Shown in pieces: positions 41,805-55,471 of a DNA stretch of 64,000 bases. Where the stretch lies: NCBI GenBank assembly GCA_951406725.2, contig OX597831.1:3472001-3536000 (forward strand). The letters are read 5' to 3'. This DNA is from Octopus vulgaris (lineage: Eukaryota). The notes under the pieces are model-generated. The model ran no database searches. It saw only the letters and a program-made list of their open reading frames with translations, and was not told the DNA's origin. The position numbers were made by a program, and so were the translations under genes. Each line of letters starts with the position of its first letter. The stretch's first letter is position 1.

Positions 41805-42974
41805 ATTTCTTTACTGCTCACAAGGGGCCACAGGGAGCTAAACACATAAGGGACAAACAAGGACAGACAAACAGATTAAGTCGATTATATCGACCCCAGT
41901 GTGTAACTGGTACTTATTTAATCAACCCTGAAAGGATGAAAGGCAAAGTCAACCTTGGTGGAATTTGAACTCAGAATGTTAAGATGGGATGAAATGCTTA
42001 TTTCTTTACTACCCACAAGGGGCTACACACAGAAGGGTCAAACAAGGACAGACAAATGGATTAAGTCGATTATATCGACCCCAGTGTGTAACTGGTACTT
42101 AATTTAATCGACCCTGAAAGGATGAAAGGCAAAGTCGACCTTGGTGGAATTTGAACTCAGAATGTTAAGATGGGATGAAATGCTTATTTCTTTACTACCC
42201 ACAAGGGGCTACACACAGAAGGGTCAAACAAGGACAGACAAAGGGATTAAGTCGATTATATCGACCCCAGTGTGTAACTGGTACTTAATTTAATCGACCC
42301 TGAAAGGATGAAAGGCAAAGTCGACCTTGGTGGAATTTGAACTCAGAATGTTAAGATGGGATGAAATGCTTATTTCTTTACTACACACAAGGGGCTACAC
42401 ACAGAAGGGTCAAACAAGGACAGACAAAGGGATTAAGTCGATTATATCGACCTCAGTGCGTAACTGGTACTTATTTAATCGACCCCAAAAGGATGAAAGG
42501 CAAAGTCGACCTTGGTGGAATTTGAACTCAGAATGTTAAGATGGGATGAAATGCTTATTTCTTTACTACACACAAGGGGCTACACACAGAAGGGTCAAAC
42601 AAGGACAGACAAAGGGATTAAGTCGATTATATCGACCTCAGTGCGTAACTGGTACTTATTTAATCGACCCCAAAAGGATGAAAGGCAAAGTCGACCTTGG
42701 TGGAATTTGAACTCAGAATGTTAAGATGGGATGAAATGCTTATTTCTTTACTACCCACAAGGGGCTACACACAGAAGGGACAAACAAGGACAGACAAACG
42801 GATTAAGTCGATTATATCGACCCCAGTGTGTAACTGGTACTTAATTTAATCGACCCTGAAAGGATGAAAGGCAAGGTCGACCTTGGTGGAATTTGAACAC
42901 AGAACGTAGCGGCAGATGAAATACCACTAAGCATTTCGCCCAGTGTGCTAACGTTTCTGCTAGCTCGCCGCCTT
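41805..42974 (-). repeat. Tandem array of six family C SINE units (185-186-bp period) bounded by one TSD
   Basis: Unit starts at about 41802, 41997, 42183, 42369, 42554 and 42739. ttcctgaagatctt at 41791-41804 and 42984-42997. Confidence 0.92.
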
Positions 42975-43159
42975 TGTTTAGAATTCCTGAAGATCTTGCC
43001 ATTGTTTAGAATTCCAAAATGCAAGACCATTTTCCCCAGTTAACTTTCGTGTCACAAAACATGGAGAGTCAACAAGAAAATATGTTTTGCATTAAAGAAC
43101 TTTGTGTTACAGAAAGATTTTCTGGAATATAACTCTTTCCAACTGTCAGACTTCCTTAT

Positions 43160-43227
43160 ACATATACATACGTATATATGTATATGTGTGTGTGTTTGTG
43201 TGTGTTTGTGTGCATGTGTATGTATGT

Positions 43228-43289
<62 letters not shown>

Positions 43290-43290
43290 G

Positions 43291-43333
<43 letters not shown>

Positions 43334-43816
43334 GTGCATGTGTGTATGTGTATATATGTATACACACACACACTCACACACATACACACACGCACACACA
43401 CATACACACAATGAGCAATTTCTTTTTATATTTCATCAGACTGCTTCTCACTTCCTTTCCTCTAATTCCTTTAGCACTCCCCCCCCCCAACACACCCACA
43501 CCTAACCCGCATACTACACCAGACCAACTGCTCACCCCCCCATCCCGACCAACTTCCTCGAGTCCCATATGTTCACGGCTTTGTCGTCAAAATACATTTC
43601 CCTTCTCACTCCCCTTTTTTCCTTTCTGACCTACTCTACCCCCCACTCCTCACTACACAACACCACCATCACTTTAGTGAACAATTAATTTTCTAATTAT
43701 GCAAATGTTATTATCTAATGGCCTCTCCTCCCTACCATCTCTGAACATTCATTTACTTGTCTGTTAATATACATTATTATTATTATTATTATTAGTAGTA
43801 GTAGTGGTAGTAGTAA

Positions 43817-43857
<41 letters not shown>

Positions 43858-44185
43858 CTATTTCTGTCATCAATATCATCATCATTTTCAACGTCGCCAT
43901 CATTATCATCACCATCGTCATTGTTGTCATCATCATCATCAACACCATCATCATCATCACTGTCATCAACACCAACCCCATCCTCCTCCTCCTCCTCCTC
44001 CTCCTCATCATCATCATCATCATCAACATCATCGTCGTCATCATCATCATCAACATCATCATCATTATCATCATCAACATCATCGTCATCATCGTCATCA
44101 TCTTGTAGTGGCTATTTTATTATTTTGTTATTATTATTATTATTATTACCATGATAATAATAATAATAATTATAATAATAGTAGC

Positions 44186-44217
<32 letters not shown>

Positions 44218-44248
44218 TAGCAATAATAACAATAACAACAACAGTAAT

Positions 44249-44290
<42 letters not shown>

Positions 44291-44402
44291 TAGTGTCAGT
44301 ATTAATATTATTATATATTTCATCTCAAAAGATTATTTCTCTTCCCACCATATATATATATTCTTGCCTTCATACTCAAGATTGATACAGCTTGTCCTTC
44401 AC

Positions 44403-44436
<34 letters not shown>

Positions 44437-44729
44437 CACACATACACACACACAAATACTGCCCGCTCCCCCCTCTGTGACACTATCTCCATGCTCTGCT
44501 GGTGTAGCAAATGTTCTGTCCTCTCGGCTGGAACACAGAAATTAAGCAGAAGTGATCAAAGGGGGAATTAAGGGAGGTAATTTGTTTTACATAACACTGA
44601 TCAGCGGAGGCGGGGTGGGGTGGGGTGAGGTGGGGGTGGGGGTATATAGATCTGTCCCCTTCTCTCTTATTAGTTCACACACACACATGTGTGTGTGTGT
44701 GTGCATGCGTAAGTGCATGTGCGTAAGTG

Positions 44730-44788
<59 letters not shown>

Positions 44789-45330
44789 TGCATGTATACA
44801 TATACACATACGCCCACACACGTGTGTATATGAGCATGTGTGTATATATATATGAACATAAATACGTATGTATGTGCATATACATACATACATACATACA
44901 TACATACATACCTACATACATATATACATACATACTTACATACATACATACATATATACATACATACATACACGCACATACATACATATATACATACATA
45001 CTTACATACATACATACATACATAAATGCATACATACATACACGCACATACATACATACATACATACATACATACATACATACATACATACATACATACA
45101 TACACACACATACATACATACATACATACATACACACATACATACATACACACATACATATATACATACATACGTACATACATACATACATACATACATA
45201 CATACATACATACATACATACATGCATACATACATACATACATACACACATACACACATACATACATACATACATACGTACATACATACATACATGCATA
45301 CATACATACATAAATGTGTATATATATATG
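43160..45330. repeat. Microsatellite field: (TA)n, (TAG)n, (CAT)n, (AAT)n, (TACA)n
   Basis: Directly visible. Confidence 0.9.
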
Positions 45331-45792
45331 AACTTCTAAGACCATTGAAAGTCCACTAAGGCAGTGAGTGATGCCCAGGCAAATGGAAAGAAGTGAATGT
45401 GAAGATGTACTGAACAACTTTTGATTAATAAAACTGTTCTGCCAGAAAATCTCAATTAAAAAAATAAGATTAAAGACTTTGAAAGAATATGGTTTGATTG
45501 CACAAAGGCTTTGGGCTTCGTTCCTCTTTTACAACAGCATTTATCAAAAATATTTTTGTTTTGCCAGTGGCAAGTTCAAACTCATAAACAAGCCATTCAC
45601 TGCGTTTTGTCATTGAGAAAACTTCTCGCTGTAGACAAATGGTGGAAATACACCTAAATCAACTTGCAGGACCACCTATCAAGCATTTCGGAGTAATTAT
45701 CTCCTCTTTATTCACAGAAACCGAATTCAAATGTGTCGCAAGTATATTTGGTAAAAGGATGCATGGTGTTCGATCATATAATAATATAAATT

Positions 45793-45986
45793 CTTTTATT
45801 CTTTTATTCTTTTACTTGTTTCAGTCATTTGACTGCGGCCATGCTGGAGCACCGCCTTTAATCGAGCAACTCGACCCCGGGACTTATTCTTTTGTAAGCC
45901 CAGTACTTATTCTATTGGTCACTTTTGCTGAACCGCTAAGTAACGGGGACATAAACACACCAGCAATGCTAGGGGGACAAACACAG

Positions 45987-46022
<36 letters not shown>

Positions 46023-46187
46023 ATATATACGACGGGCTTCTTTCAGTTTCCGTCTACCAAATCCACTCACAAGGCTTTGATCGGCCCGAGGCTATAGTAG
46101 AAGACACTTGCCCAAGGTGCCACGCAGTGGGACTGAACCCGGAACCATGTGGTTGGTAAACAAGCTACCTACCACACAGCCACTCAT
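45793..46187 (-). mobile_element. SINE family A
   Basis: Reverse complement of the 15521 type, with a small internal deletion. Confidence 0.88.
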
Positions 46188-46803
46188 GCATATTTACATA
46201 CATATATGTACATCCCTACATCTATATGTATATATACATGCATATAGCAGGACATCAAAACTGAACACAATGTATGTGTAAAATATGAAAACACAGCTCA
46301 AAGTATTGTGTGTACAAAATTGTCTGACTTCTTATTTGCTTTTCCATCATCCACTGTGTGTGGAGCAAGTTTGTGCCCATAAAAAGAATTTTCCAAAGGC
46401 TTCATAGATAGATGTGTCAGTCAGACCCTTCGTCAGCTAGGGACACAAGCATGAGTCCTTTTGGATGGATAACACTGTAGGTATATAGACAGGAAATGAT
46501 AAAAAATTAATGAAATAAACTGTGGGTTAGAAAATAAGAAATCGTTATGGATAACAGACAGCAACATTATGTGTTCACAGTTTAGAGCAGCGGACGACAG
46601 TCGAAGGATCTTTAATCTCAGACCCTGTGTGTGTTTATGGTAGAAGGTAAGTCCCTGCATCTGACATTTCCGCATTTTTACATTTTGCAGCTCAATGTGA
46701 CGGACTCACATCCGGTGAATATAGCCAAGGAAACTGAAACCGTCCCTATACCATGGCTAGAAAACAAACAGAACGACATATTTCCTCATCAGCTCATATT
46801 AGA

Positions 46804-48578
46804 AAGGGACATTTGTGTTGGGGTCGGTAGATATCTCATTATAGCTCATAAGTCTTTTTCCAAGGTTGGTGACTTTAATTATTACAGGTGAGAATGGCTA
46901 CACTGATGTAAAGGAGGCTATGATGTACATAGACTGAGAACATTCTGTCTGGGGGGATGATAACCTTAACCACTTGCATTAACTTCTGAAAGTGCCAACA
47001 TAGTGTACCCTGAAACACTCAGCCAAAGGTACTATAGAAAACAGGTTACAAAAATAAAATCCTTCTCTTCTAAAGACTGTGCCATCATAAACTGAAACAG
47101 TGACTAAGAGATTTGAAATGACTCAAAGAAAACAGAATTCTCCAAAAAATTGCTTCTTCATCACATTGATGTGTAATCAGACCACGTCAGCTATGAAATG
47201 AGGAAATTTTTAATAACACTGTAGGGGTAGAAGCGTATAAAACAGCAGAATACTGATATAGTTTAAATGCTAAAGGGTTAAATAAGCTCAAAGAATTTAA
47301 ATAAACTTGGAGAATAATTAGTCTTATTTATCATAAATGATAGATCCTGTAGATGAGAGGCCAAATCAGGTTTCTGGTTTATCAAGTGGGTTCGAATCTC
47401 AGACATGATGTTATCTGTCATGTTTATCTCTCTTTCTCTCTCTTTCTTTCTCTCTCTTTCCTCCTACATCTTTTTTCCCTCTCCATACCACCCTGTTCTG
47501 TGAGTCACATCCAGGTCTGAGAGAAGGAAATGTAATCTCTGTATATTGTGATCAATTAATAAATTAGCAAAGGGACAGTTTGTGTTGGGGTCTGTTGTAG
47601 AATATCTCTATTATAGTTGATAATGTCTTTGTTACCAAGGTTGGTGACTTTACTTGACATATAGGGAGACACCATGATGGCTACACTGATGTAAAGGAAG
47701 GCTATGGTTTATAGTACATAGACTGAGAAGGGATCGTGTCTCTTGGAGTCCAGGGATGCAAATAACCTTAACCACTTACAACATTAACTTCTGGAAAGTA
47801 GCCAACTATCAGATCGTTTACCCATTAGGCAAACACTCAAGCCACATAGGTACCATATTCACCAGAAAACAGGATTGACAACAGGTTGTGAATATTAAAT
47901 CCTTCTCTTCTAAAGACTGTGTCTCTCAATATAAACTGGAGAACAGTGACTCCAGAGGGGATTTAAATAAACTCAAAGAATTTAACCCTTTAGTGTTTGC
48001 ATTATTCTGCCAAAATTATTGCTTCTTCATCTACATTGTTTTGAACTAATCATGCCTTATCTTGTAGCTATGAGATTTTGATGAGGTAGCTGTTAATTTT
48101 TAAAACGATACTGTAGGGTTGGTGTGAGAGACCAGATCTGGCCAGTTTGAACATAAAACAGGCAGAATACTTCTGGCCGGATATGGCCAGTTTAAATGCT
48201 AAAGGGTTAAATAAGCTCAAAGAATTTAAATAAACTTGGAGAAGGAAGTTATGTCAGCTTATCTTATGCATAAACTGTTACTCAGTTTTCCAAAAATGTA
48301 GGGTATGAGGTATTTTGGCCAAACCATTTTGGCATTGCCAATCTGGAATTGCTGATTCAATGCTGATTAATTTCACATCAGACATCTGAATGTTTGTCAT
48401 GTTTACTCTCTTTCTCTCTCTTCTCTCCCTCTCTCCTCTCTCCCTCTCCCCCTCTCCTCTCCCCCTTTTCCCCTCTCTCTTTCCCTATTCTTTCTCTGCT
48501 TCTGTGTATGTCAGCTTATTTCTCTTTACGTGTCTGAGGAGAAGGAAAGTGTTTGTCAATTGTGATCAATTAATAAAT
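46804..48578. repeat. Imperfect tandem duplication: deletion-riddled copy (46804-47569) followed by a longer copy (47570-48578)
   Basis: Collinear shared anchors, e.g. ccaaggttggtgacttta, ggctacactgatgtaaagga, aaatccttctcttctaaagactgtg, gtttaaatgctaaagggttaaataagctcaaagaatttaaataaacttggagaa, tgtgatcaattaataaat. Confidence 0.85.
47986..48206. mobile_element. piggyBac-type MITE
   Basis: TTAA|ccctttag...ctaaaggg|TTAA. Confidence 0.85.
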
Positions 48579-48619
48579 AGTAATGTCTTTTTCTCTGTCT
48601 GTCTGTCTGTCTATATTTT

Positions 48620-48650
<31 letters not shown>

Positions 48651-49111
48651 TCCTATCTGTATGTGTATATTTCTGTGTGCACATGTGTGCATGTGTGTGT
48701 ATGTATGTATGTGTGTGTGTGTGCACGTGAATGTGTCTGTGTGTGTCTGTGTGTGTGCACGCACATGTGTGTGCATTCGTGCATGTGTGTGTGAGTGTTT
48801 GTTTGCCTCCAGTGCCAAAAAGTACCTTTGCCAAAACAGGATCAATGTCCAGTCAGCTGTGCCAATTTGTCAGCATTCAGACAGCCATATTGAATCAGCT
48901 CATTCTGCCTTTAGTGTTCATCGATTCTCCGTTATTTATTTTATTTACAGGTGAAATAATAAATAAATAAATAAATAAAACTGTTGAGCAGAAAAACTGT
49001 AGAAATCATGAAATATGTATTTCTGTACAGTCATGCAAACGATAAAAACCACAGAAATGTAAAACTGTACACATTATGAAATGTGTGTTTGTGTACAAAA
49101 ATGTGGGAAGC

Positions 49112-49349
49112 ACTGAGAGTGACAAGGCCGGCCCCTTGAAATACAGGTACAACAGAAACAGGAAGTAAGAGTGAGAGAAAGTTGTGGTGAAAGAGTACAG
49201 CAGGGATCACCACCATCCCCTGCCGGAGCCTCGTGGAGCTTTTTAGGTGTTTTCGCTCAATAAACACTCACAACGCCCGGTCTGGGAATTGAAACCGCGA
49301 TCCTATGACTGCGAGTCCGCTGCCCTATCCACTGGGCCATTGCGCCTCC
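49112..49349 (-). mobile_element. SINE family B, 5' portion
   Basis: Reverse complement of 3143-3378. Confidence 0.85.
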
Positions 49350-49834
49350 ACGTACAAAAATGTAATAGTCCAAACAATAGAGAGACCATCATCATCATCA
49401 TCATCATCATCGTCATCGTCGTCGTCATCATCATCGTCGTCGTCGTCATCGTCGTCATCATCATCATCAGCAGCAGCATCATTTAAAGTCTGTTTTTCCA
49501 TGCTGGCATATATGACAGGATATATATATATATATGTTTTGGCTAGGTTTCTATACATATATAATATAACCACACACACACACATGGCACACATTATATA
49601 TATATATATATTTTTATGTGGCACCTTAGTTATAGGAACTTGAATAAAGCAATGCGCCACATATCTTGGGCCTCAGTCACCTTCTTTGTAAGGTTCAGGA
49701 TTTTGAGATCAGCTTTCACTACTTCATCCCATGTCTTCCTGGGTTTCCCTCTTCCACACAAACCTGAATAAATCATGAAATATGAGTTCTATCGATTCAG
49801 GGAAATTTTAGGTTAAACTGTAGGGAAGTAAAAC

Positions 49835-50148
49835 TGTACAAATCATGAAATGTGTGCTTCTGTGTTTATCAAGTGAAATGATAGATCAATAAACATAGAG
49901 AGATATCTGTACAAATCATGAAATGTGTGTTTCTGTGTTTATCAAGTGAAATGATAGATCAATAAACATAGAGAGATATCTGTACAAATCATGAAATGTG
50001 TGTTTCTGTGTTTATCAAGTGAAATGATAGATCAATAAACATAGAGAGATATCTGTACAAATCATGAAATGTGTGTTTCTGTGTTTATCAAGTGAAATGA
50101 TAGATCAATAAACATAGAGAGATATCTGTACAAATCATGAAATGTGTG
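49835..50148. repeat. 73-bp tandem minisatellite, 4.3 copies
   Basis: Unit starts at 49835, 49908, 49981, 50054 and 50127. Confidence 0.95.
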
Positions 50149-50396
50149 TCTCTTTGTGGGTGCCTCCAATGAAGTTAAAGAACCAAATCATAGAATGGCA
50201 AACCTGCACAAATCATGAAATGTGTGCTAACCTGCACAAATCATGAAATTTGTGCTTCTGGTTGTCTGTTCAGTAAAGTAAGTGAACAAATACTACAGAG
50301 TGGTAGACTGTAGAAACCATGAAATGTGTGTTGTGTGTGTACATGTACAGTCATATATTATACAAATCTATAGAGAAGTATATTATATAAATCATG

Positions 50397-50511
50397 ATAA
50401 GTGTGAGTAAGTGTGCAAGCGGATATCATCATCATCATCATCATCGTTTAGCGTCCGTTTTCGATGATGATGATGATGATGATATCCGCTTGCACACTTA
50501 CTCACACTTAT
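50397..50511. repeat. Perfect 50-bp inverted repeat whose loop is the RTE 3' terminus
   Basis: Arms at 50397-50446 and 50462-50511; loop tttagcgtccgtttt. Confidence 0.95.
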
Positions 50512-50652
50512 ATATATATATAAATAAATATAGATAGATAGATGTGTGTGTATGTGTGTGTGTTTGTATATGTAATCTGTTAAGAGATAAATTATACAAG
50601 CCTTGTGTGCATGTCTGTATAGTTGAGTAATAGCAGACCAATCAGTAGAGAA

Positions 50653-50699
<47 letters not shown>

Positions 50700-51326
50700 A
50701 AGAGAGAGAGAAGAAGAAAAAAAAAAAAAAAAACACACACAAAAAAAAAAAATACAAAAAAACACAAAATCAACACAAAATCAAAAAATAATCAACAAAA
50801 CAATCCACAAAAACACACACATTCATATTTCTCTACTTCTTGCTCCTTCCTTCCAAGTTTTCTTTCTTTTTCTTCTCTCTTTCTTCCTATATTCTTTTAT
50901 ATGGTTTTTTTTTTGCCTTCTTCTTTTTTTTTTTTTATTCACTTTATATTTTTCACATAAACCTTTATTTTCCTATAAATTATCAATCTTCTTCTGTTTC
51001 CTTCTTCTTTTTCGCCTTTTTTGTTTGTTTGTTTTTTCTCTAAAGCTATTTTATTTTTACTTTTTTTTTCTTATCATTCATCTTCTCTACATGAACCCGA
51101 ACCCACCCTGTCCCCACCTTCACCAGCACCAGCAGCAACGACGACGACGACAACAACGACAACAACAACAATAACAACAAGAACACCACCATCAACAATG
51201 GCAACAAAGTCGTATCTTGTAAAAATGCTGGATAAACCAACTGGAAATATTTTATTTCGTCTCCCTTACATCCTTACATCCTTACATTGTATATATACTC
51301 CAAACTAGATCTGTATATGATTTGTA

Positions 51327-51368
<42 letters not shown>

Positions 51369-51382
51369 ATGATGATGATGAT

Positions 51383-51414
<32 letters not shown>

Positions 51415-51600
51415 ATATATATATGTATATATATAAATAGGTAGATATATATATATATATATACATGTATATATATGTATATATATAAATAGGTAGATAT
51501 ATATATATATATATATATATATAGATAGATAGATAGATAGATAAAAAGATAGATAGATGTATATATATATTTATATATGTTATATATATAAGTATATGTG

Positions 51601-51645
<45 letters not shown>

Positions 51646-51696
51646 GTATATACATATATGCATACATACATAAATACACACAGACACACACACACA

Positions 51697-51735
<39 letters not shown>

Positions 51736-52009
51736 TTAACCCCATTTTCCTTTGGAAACTTCTGCCAAACCTCGAGGCTACATTCATCATTCTTCACGCT
51801 CTGAAGACAAGAGAATGGAGCCAAGACAGAGAGGCCAACTAGAAAATTCTACATCTAATTCTTTGTCCATCTCTTTAATCTGTTACTAACTGTTTTATTA
51901 TGACATCAACTTAGATTCACCAATCCACACATTGGCTCTGAAATTCAGTCAGGTTTCTATTTATTTGGCTGTCAGCCTTACAAAGCTAACCCAATCTCTA
52001 AAGACTACA

Positions 52010-52012
52010 TTA

Positions 52013-52044
<32 letters not shown>

Positions 52045-52048
52045 CTGT

Positions 52049-52130
<82 letters not shown>

Positions 52131-52195
52131 GTCTGTCTGTCTGCCTACCTACCTACCTACCTACCTACCTACCTACCTACCTATCTATCTATCTA

Positions 52196-52247
<52 letters not shown>

Positions 52248-52403
52248 TCTTTGTCTATCCATCCATTCATCCAACCATGTATATATGTATGTATGCATGT
52301 ATGTATGTATGTGTGTGTGTGTGAGTATGTATGTATGTATGTACGTGTGTATGTGTGAGTGTTTGTGTGTGTGAGTATGTATGTATGTGTGTGTGTATGT
52401 GTG

Positions 52404-52435
<32 letters not shown>

Positions 52436-52493
52436 CAAGCATGCATGTATGTATGTATGTATGTATGTATGTATGTATGTATGTATGTATGTG

Positions 52494-52525
<32 letters not shown>

Positions 52526-52810
52526 TGTATGTGTATATGTGTGTATGTATGTATGTATGTATGTATGTATGTATGTATGTATGTATGTATGTATGTATGT
52601 ATGTATGTGTATATGTGTGTATGTATGTATATATGTATGAATGTATGTATGTATGTATGTATGTATGTATATATGTATGTATGCATGTATGTATGTATGT
52701 ATGTATGTATGTATGCATGTATGTATGTATGTATGTATGTATGCATGCATGTATGTATGTATGTATGTATGTATGTATGTATGTATGTATGTATGTATGT
52801 ATGTATGTAG
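52010..52810. repeat. (CTAT)n/(CTGT)n/(ATGT)n microsatellite
   Basis: Directly visible. Confidence 0.95.
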
Positions 52811-53422
52811 ATTTGTATGTTTTGTTTCATGCATGTCTTCTTATGTATATAGTTGCATGTCTAGACATGTTTATATATATCATACTTAAATGATAAACTT
52901 CTGGAAAGTTTTACAGATTTTTACAGTTCCAGTGGTGGATTGGATCTGTAGTCTTCGAATCAGCTTTCTTCTTTCTGGTTTTGAGAAGCCTAATTTCTCA
53001 TGATAGGTATTTAGGCAGCTCTAACTGAACAGGTCTATGATAAGCCATTCTACACCAAGCCTGAACTTGGCCATGTCCTCTTTTTTTAACATACTTAGGT
53101 GTGAGTTGAGAGAATTTAGCTGCTATTTCTACTTGGACAAACGACCACATTGAGGCTCCTTGCTGGTTGTCTTTATTATTGTCATTGATGTTTCTGTTCC
53201 TTTCATGTCTTGTATTTTGTAATCAGTTATGGCTGGTAGGTAAGTTAACAGAATAGAAAACAAAGGGTTAAGGGTTCAATACCCATCACCTCATCAGTAT
53301 TGTGCAATAATCTATGAACTTGAATGATGATAATGATTGATGATTGCTGATGAGGAATGACACTGCTTGGGTGACAGCATCACTCATTCACAACTATTAC
53401 ATGACATTAAGACAAAGAAACA

Positions 53423-53497
<75 letters not shown>

Positions 53498-53700
53498 GCA
53501 TATTTGATGGGCTTCTTTCAGTTTTCATGCACCAAATCCCTGCATTAGAGTTCAGTTGGCCCAGGGTTATAGTAGAAACCACTTGCCCAAAATACAGCGG
53601 GCAAGGAACAACATGTCTAGGGCATCTTAGTATATCTTGCGGGATATCCTCTTCTTTATGCATGTACCTGATGTGATACAAGGTGCAGAGATTGATGCAA

Positions 53701-53740
<40 letters not shown>

Positions 53741-53744
<4 letters not shown>

Positions 53745-54052
53745 TCATCATCATCATCATCGTTTAGCGTCCGCTTTCCATGCTAGCATGGGTTGGACGG
53801 TTCAACTGGGGTCTGAGAAGCCAGAAGGCTGCACCAGGCCCAGTCTGATCTGGCAATGTTTCTACGGCTGGATGCCCTTCCTAACGCCAACCACTCTGTG
53901 AGTGTAGTGGGTGCTTTTTACATGCCACCGGCAAGGGTCCAGACGAGGCTGGCAAATGGCCACGATCGGATGGTGCTTTTACGTGCCACTGGCACGGGGG
54001 CCAGGCGAGGCTTGCAATGGCCACGAACGGATGGTGCTTTTTACATGCCACA
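53741..54052 (-). mobile_element. RTE LINE 3' fragment
   Basis: (cat)n cgtttagcgtccgctttccatgctagc, as at 7396. Confidence 0.85.
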
Positions 54053-55471
54053 CACATGCAATGGGCTGCCACAAGGCATTACTCAGCCTAGAGGTGTAGT
54101 TGGTGCTGTGCAGTAGGACTGAACTCAAGACCATGCAGTCACAAAGCAGGTAGTCATGCTGGACATGTATTGTTTTCTGACATTTGTAGGCAAACATGTC
54201 CACGTGTCTTTTCAAACACGGCATTGGAAAGTTTTCCAACCCTGAAGAGTGGAACACCTGAAAATACCTTCAATTACAGCAGGAAGAAATCAAGATCTTA
54301 ATAGGTAGGTCCTTATGAAAAAAAAGCCCCAAAGAACTAGTTTTAATCCATGCTTCATATCTGAAGGCACACCTTTACAATTAATCAGCAGTTGCTTATT
54401 AACAGGTACTCCATTGATTACATTGATGAGGGTTCCAGTTGATCTGAACAACAGAGCAGCCTGATCGTGAAATTAACGTGCAAGTGGCTGAGTACTCCTC
54501 GGACACACATACCCTTCCTGTAGGTTGTTTTTTGGGTGGGAGTATGGCAGGGAAAAAGTGGGGAGGAGTAAAAGAACCCTACCAAATCATACCATGCTGT
54601 AGGTTGTGATCTGAGGAAAACTTGGTTGCTATTTCTCATTGCTTTCTATAAGTAACCTCAAATAGTGTTGAATTTATTGCCTGCAGGTTGTGATTTGAGG
54701 AAGATTTGGTTGCTATTTCTCGTACACCAAACAACCACCATAGAAGTATTTTCATTGTTTTGTTTCAGTAGTTTTGGTGTTAAATTTATTTCAGCTTCTA
54801 AACAGCTGCTCATGTTTTTTTTTATAAGATATCTTTAGAAAAACTGTCCAAATTTATTAATTTGTGCTGGTTTTAAAATAAATGACTGGAAACTCAATAT
54901 GATGCCGAATGTGACAAGGTTGGCTCTGTACAAGTCATAAAGGAATACACACCACCACAGCCATATTCACACACTCATACACATTCATATATAGGCTGTA
55001 AGTTTCCCATTATATATTTTGTGTTGAAAATATATGTATTAGAGATTCGTTTTGAATGACACGATGTGGCGTATTGTAATCGTGTGTGCTTATTAACGAG
55101 GTAACATGATCACAGTAAGAGTAATTAAATTCATGAATTCCATGGTTGCTATTGAAATTATTTTTGACACCAGCTTTTATATATTGATTGCAGGCTTACG
55201 TTTCCAAAAATGTATATTTTAATCCAGTATAATTACTCATCTTTAGCAGCTGAATGGACTGGAGCAACATGAGATAAAGTGTTTTGCTCAGGGACACAAT
55301 GAGCTGCCAAGAATTGACCTCACGACCTTATGATCGTGAACCGAATGCCTTAATCACTAAGCCGTGTGCCTTGTTAGTCCTGAGTAAACTCTGGTGAAGA
55401 AGATAAATGATCAAAGATATTCCAAAAGTGAATATCTCGTTATTGTTTTCCAGATTCATCTCTTATTCTTT

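Noticed and set aside
51021-51308. Pro/Thr-rich ORF (HEPEPTLSPPSPAPAATTT...)
   Set aside because: Built largely from (CAA/CGA)n repeats, with no splice signals or homology that I can support.
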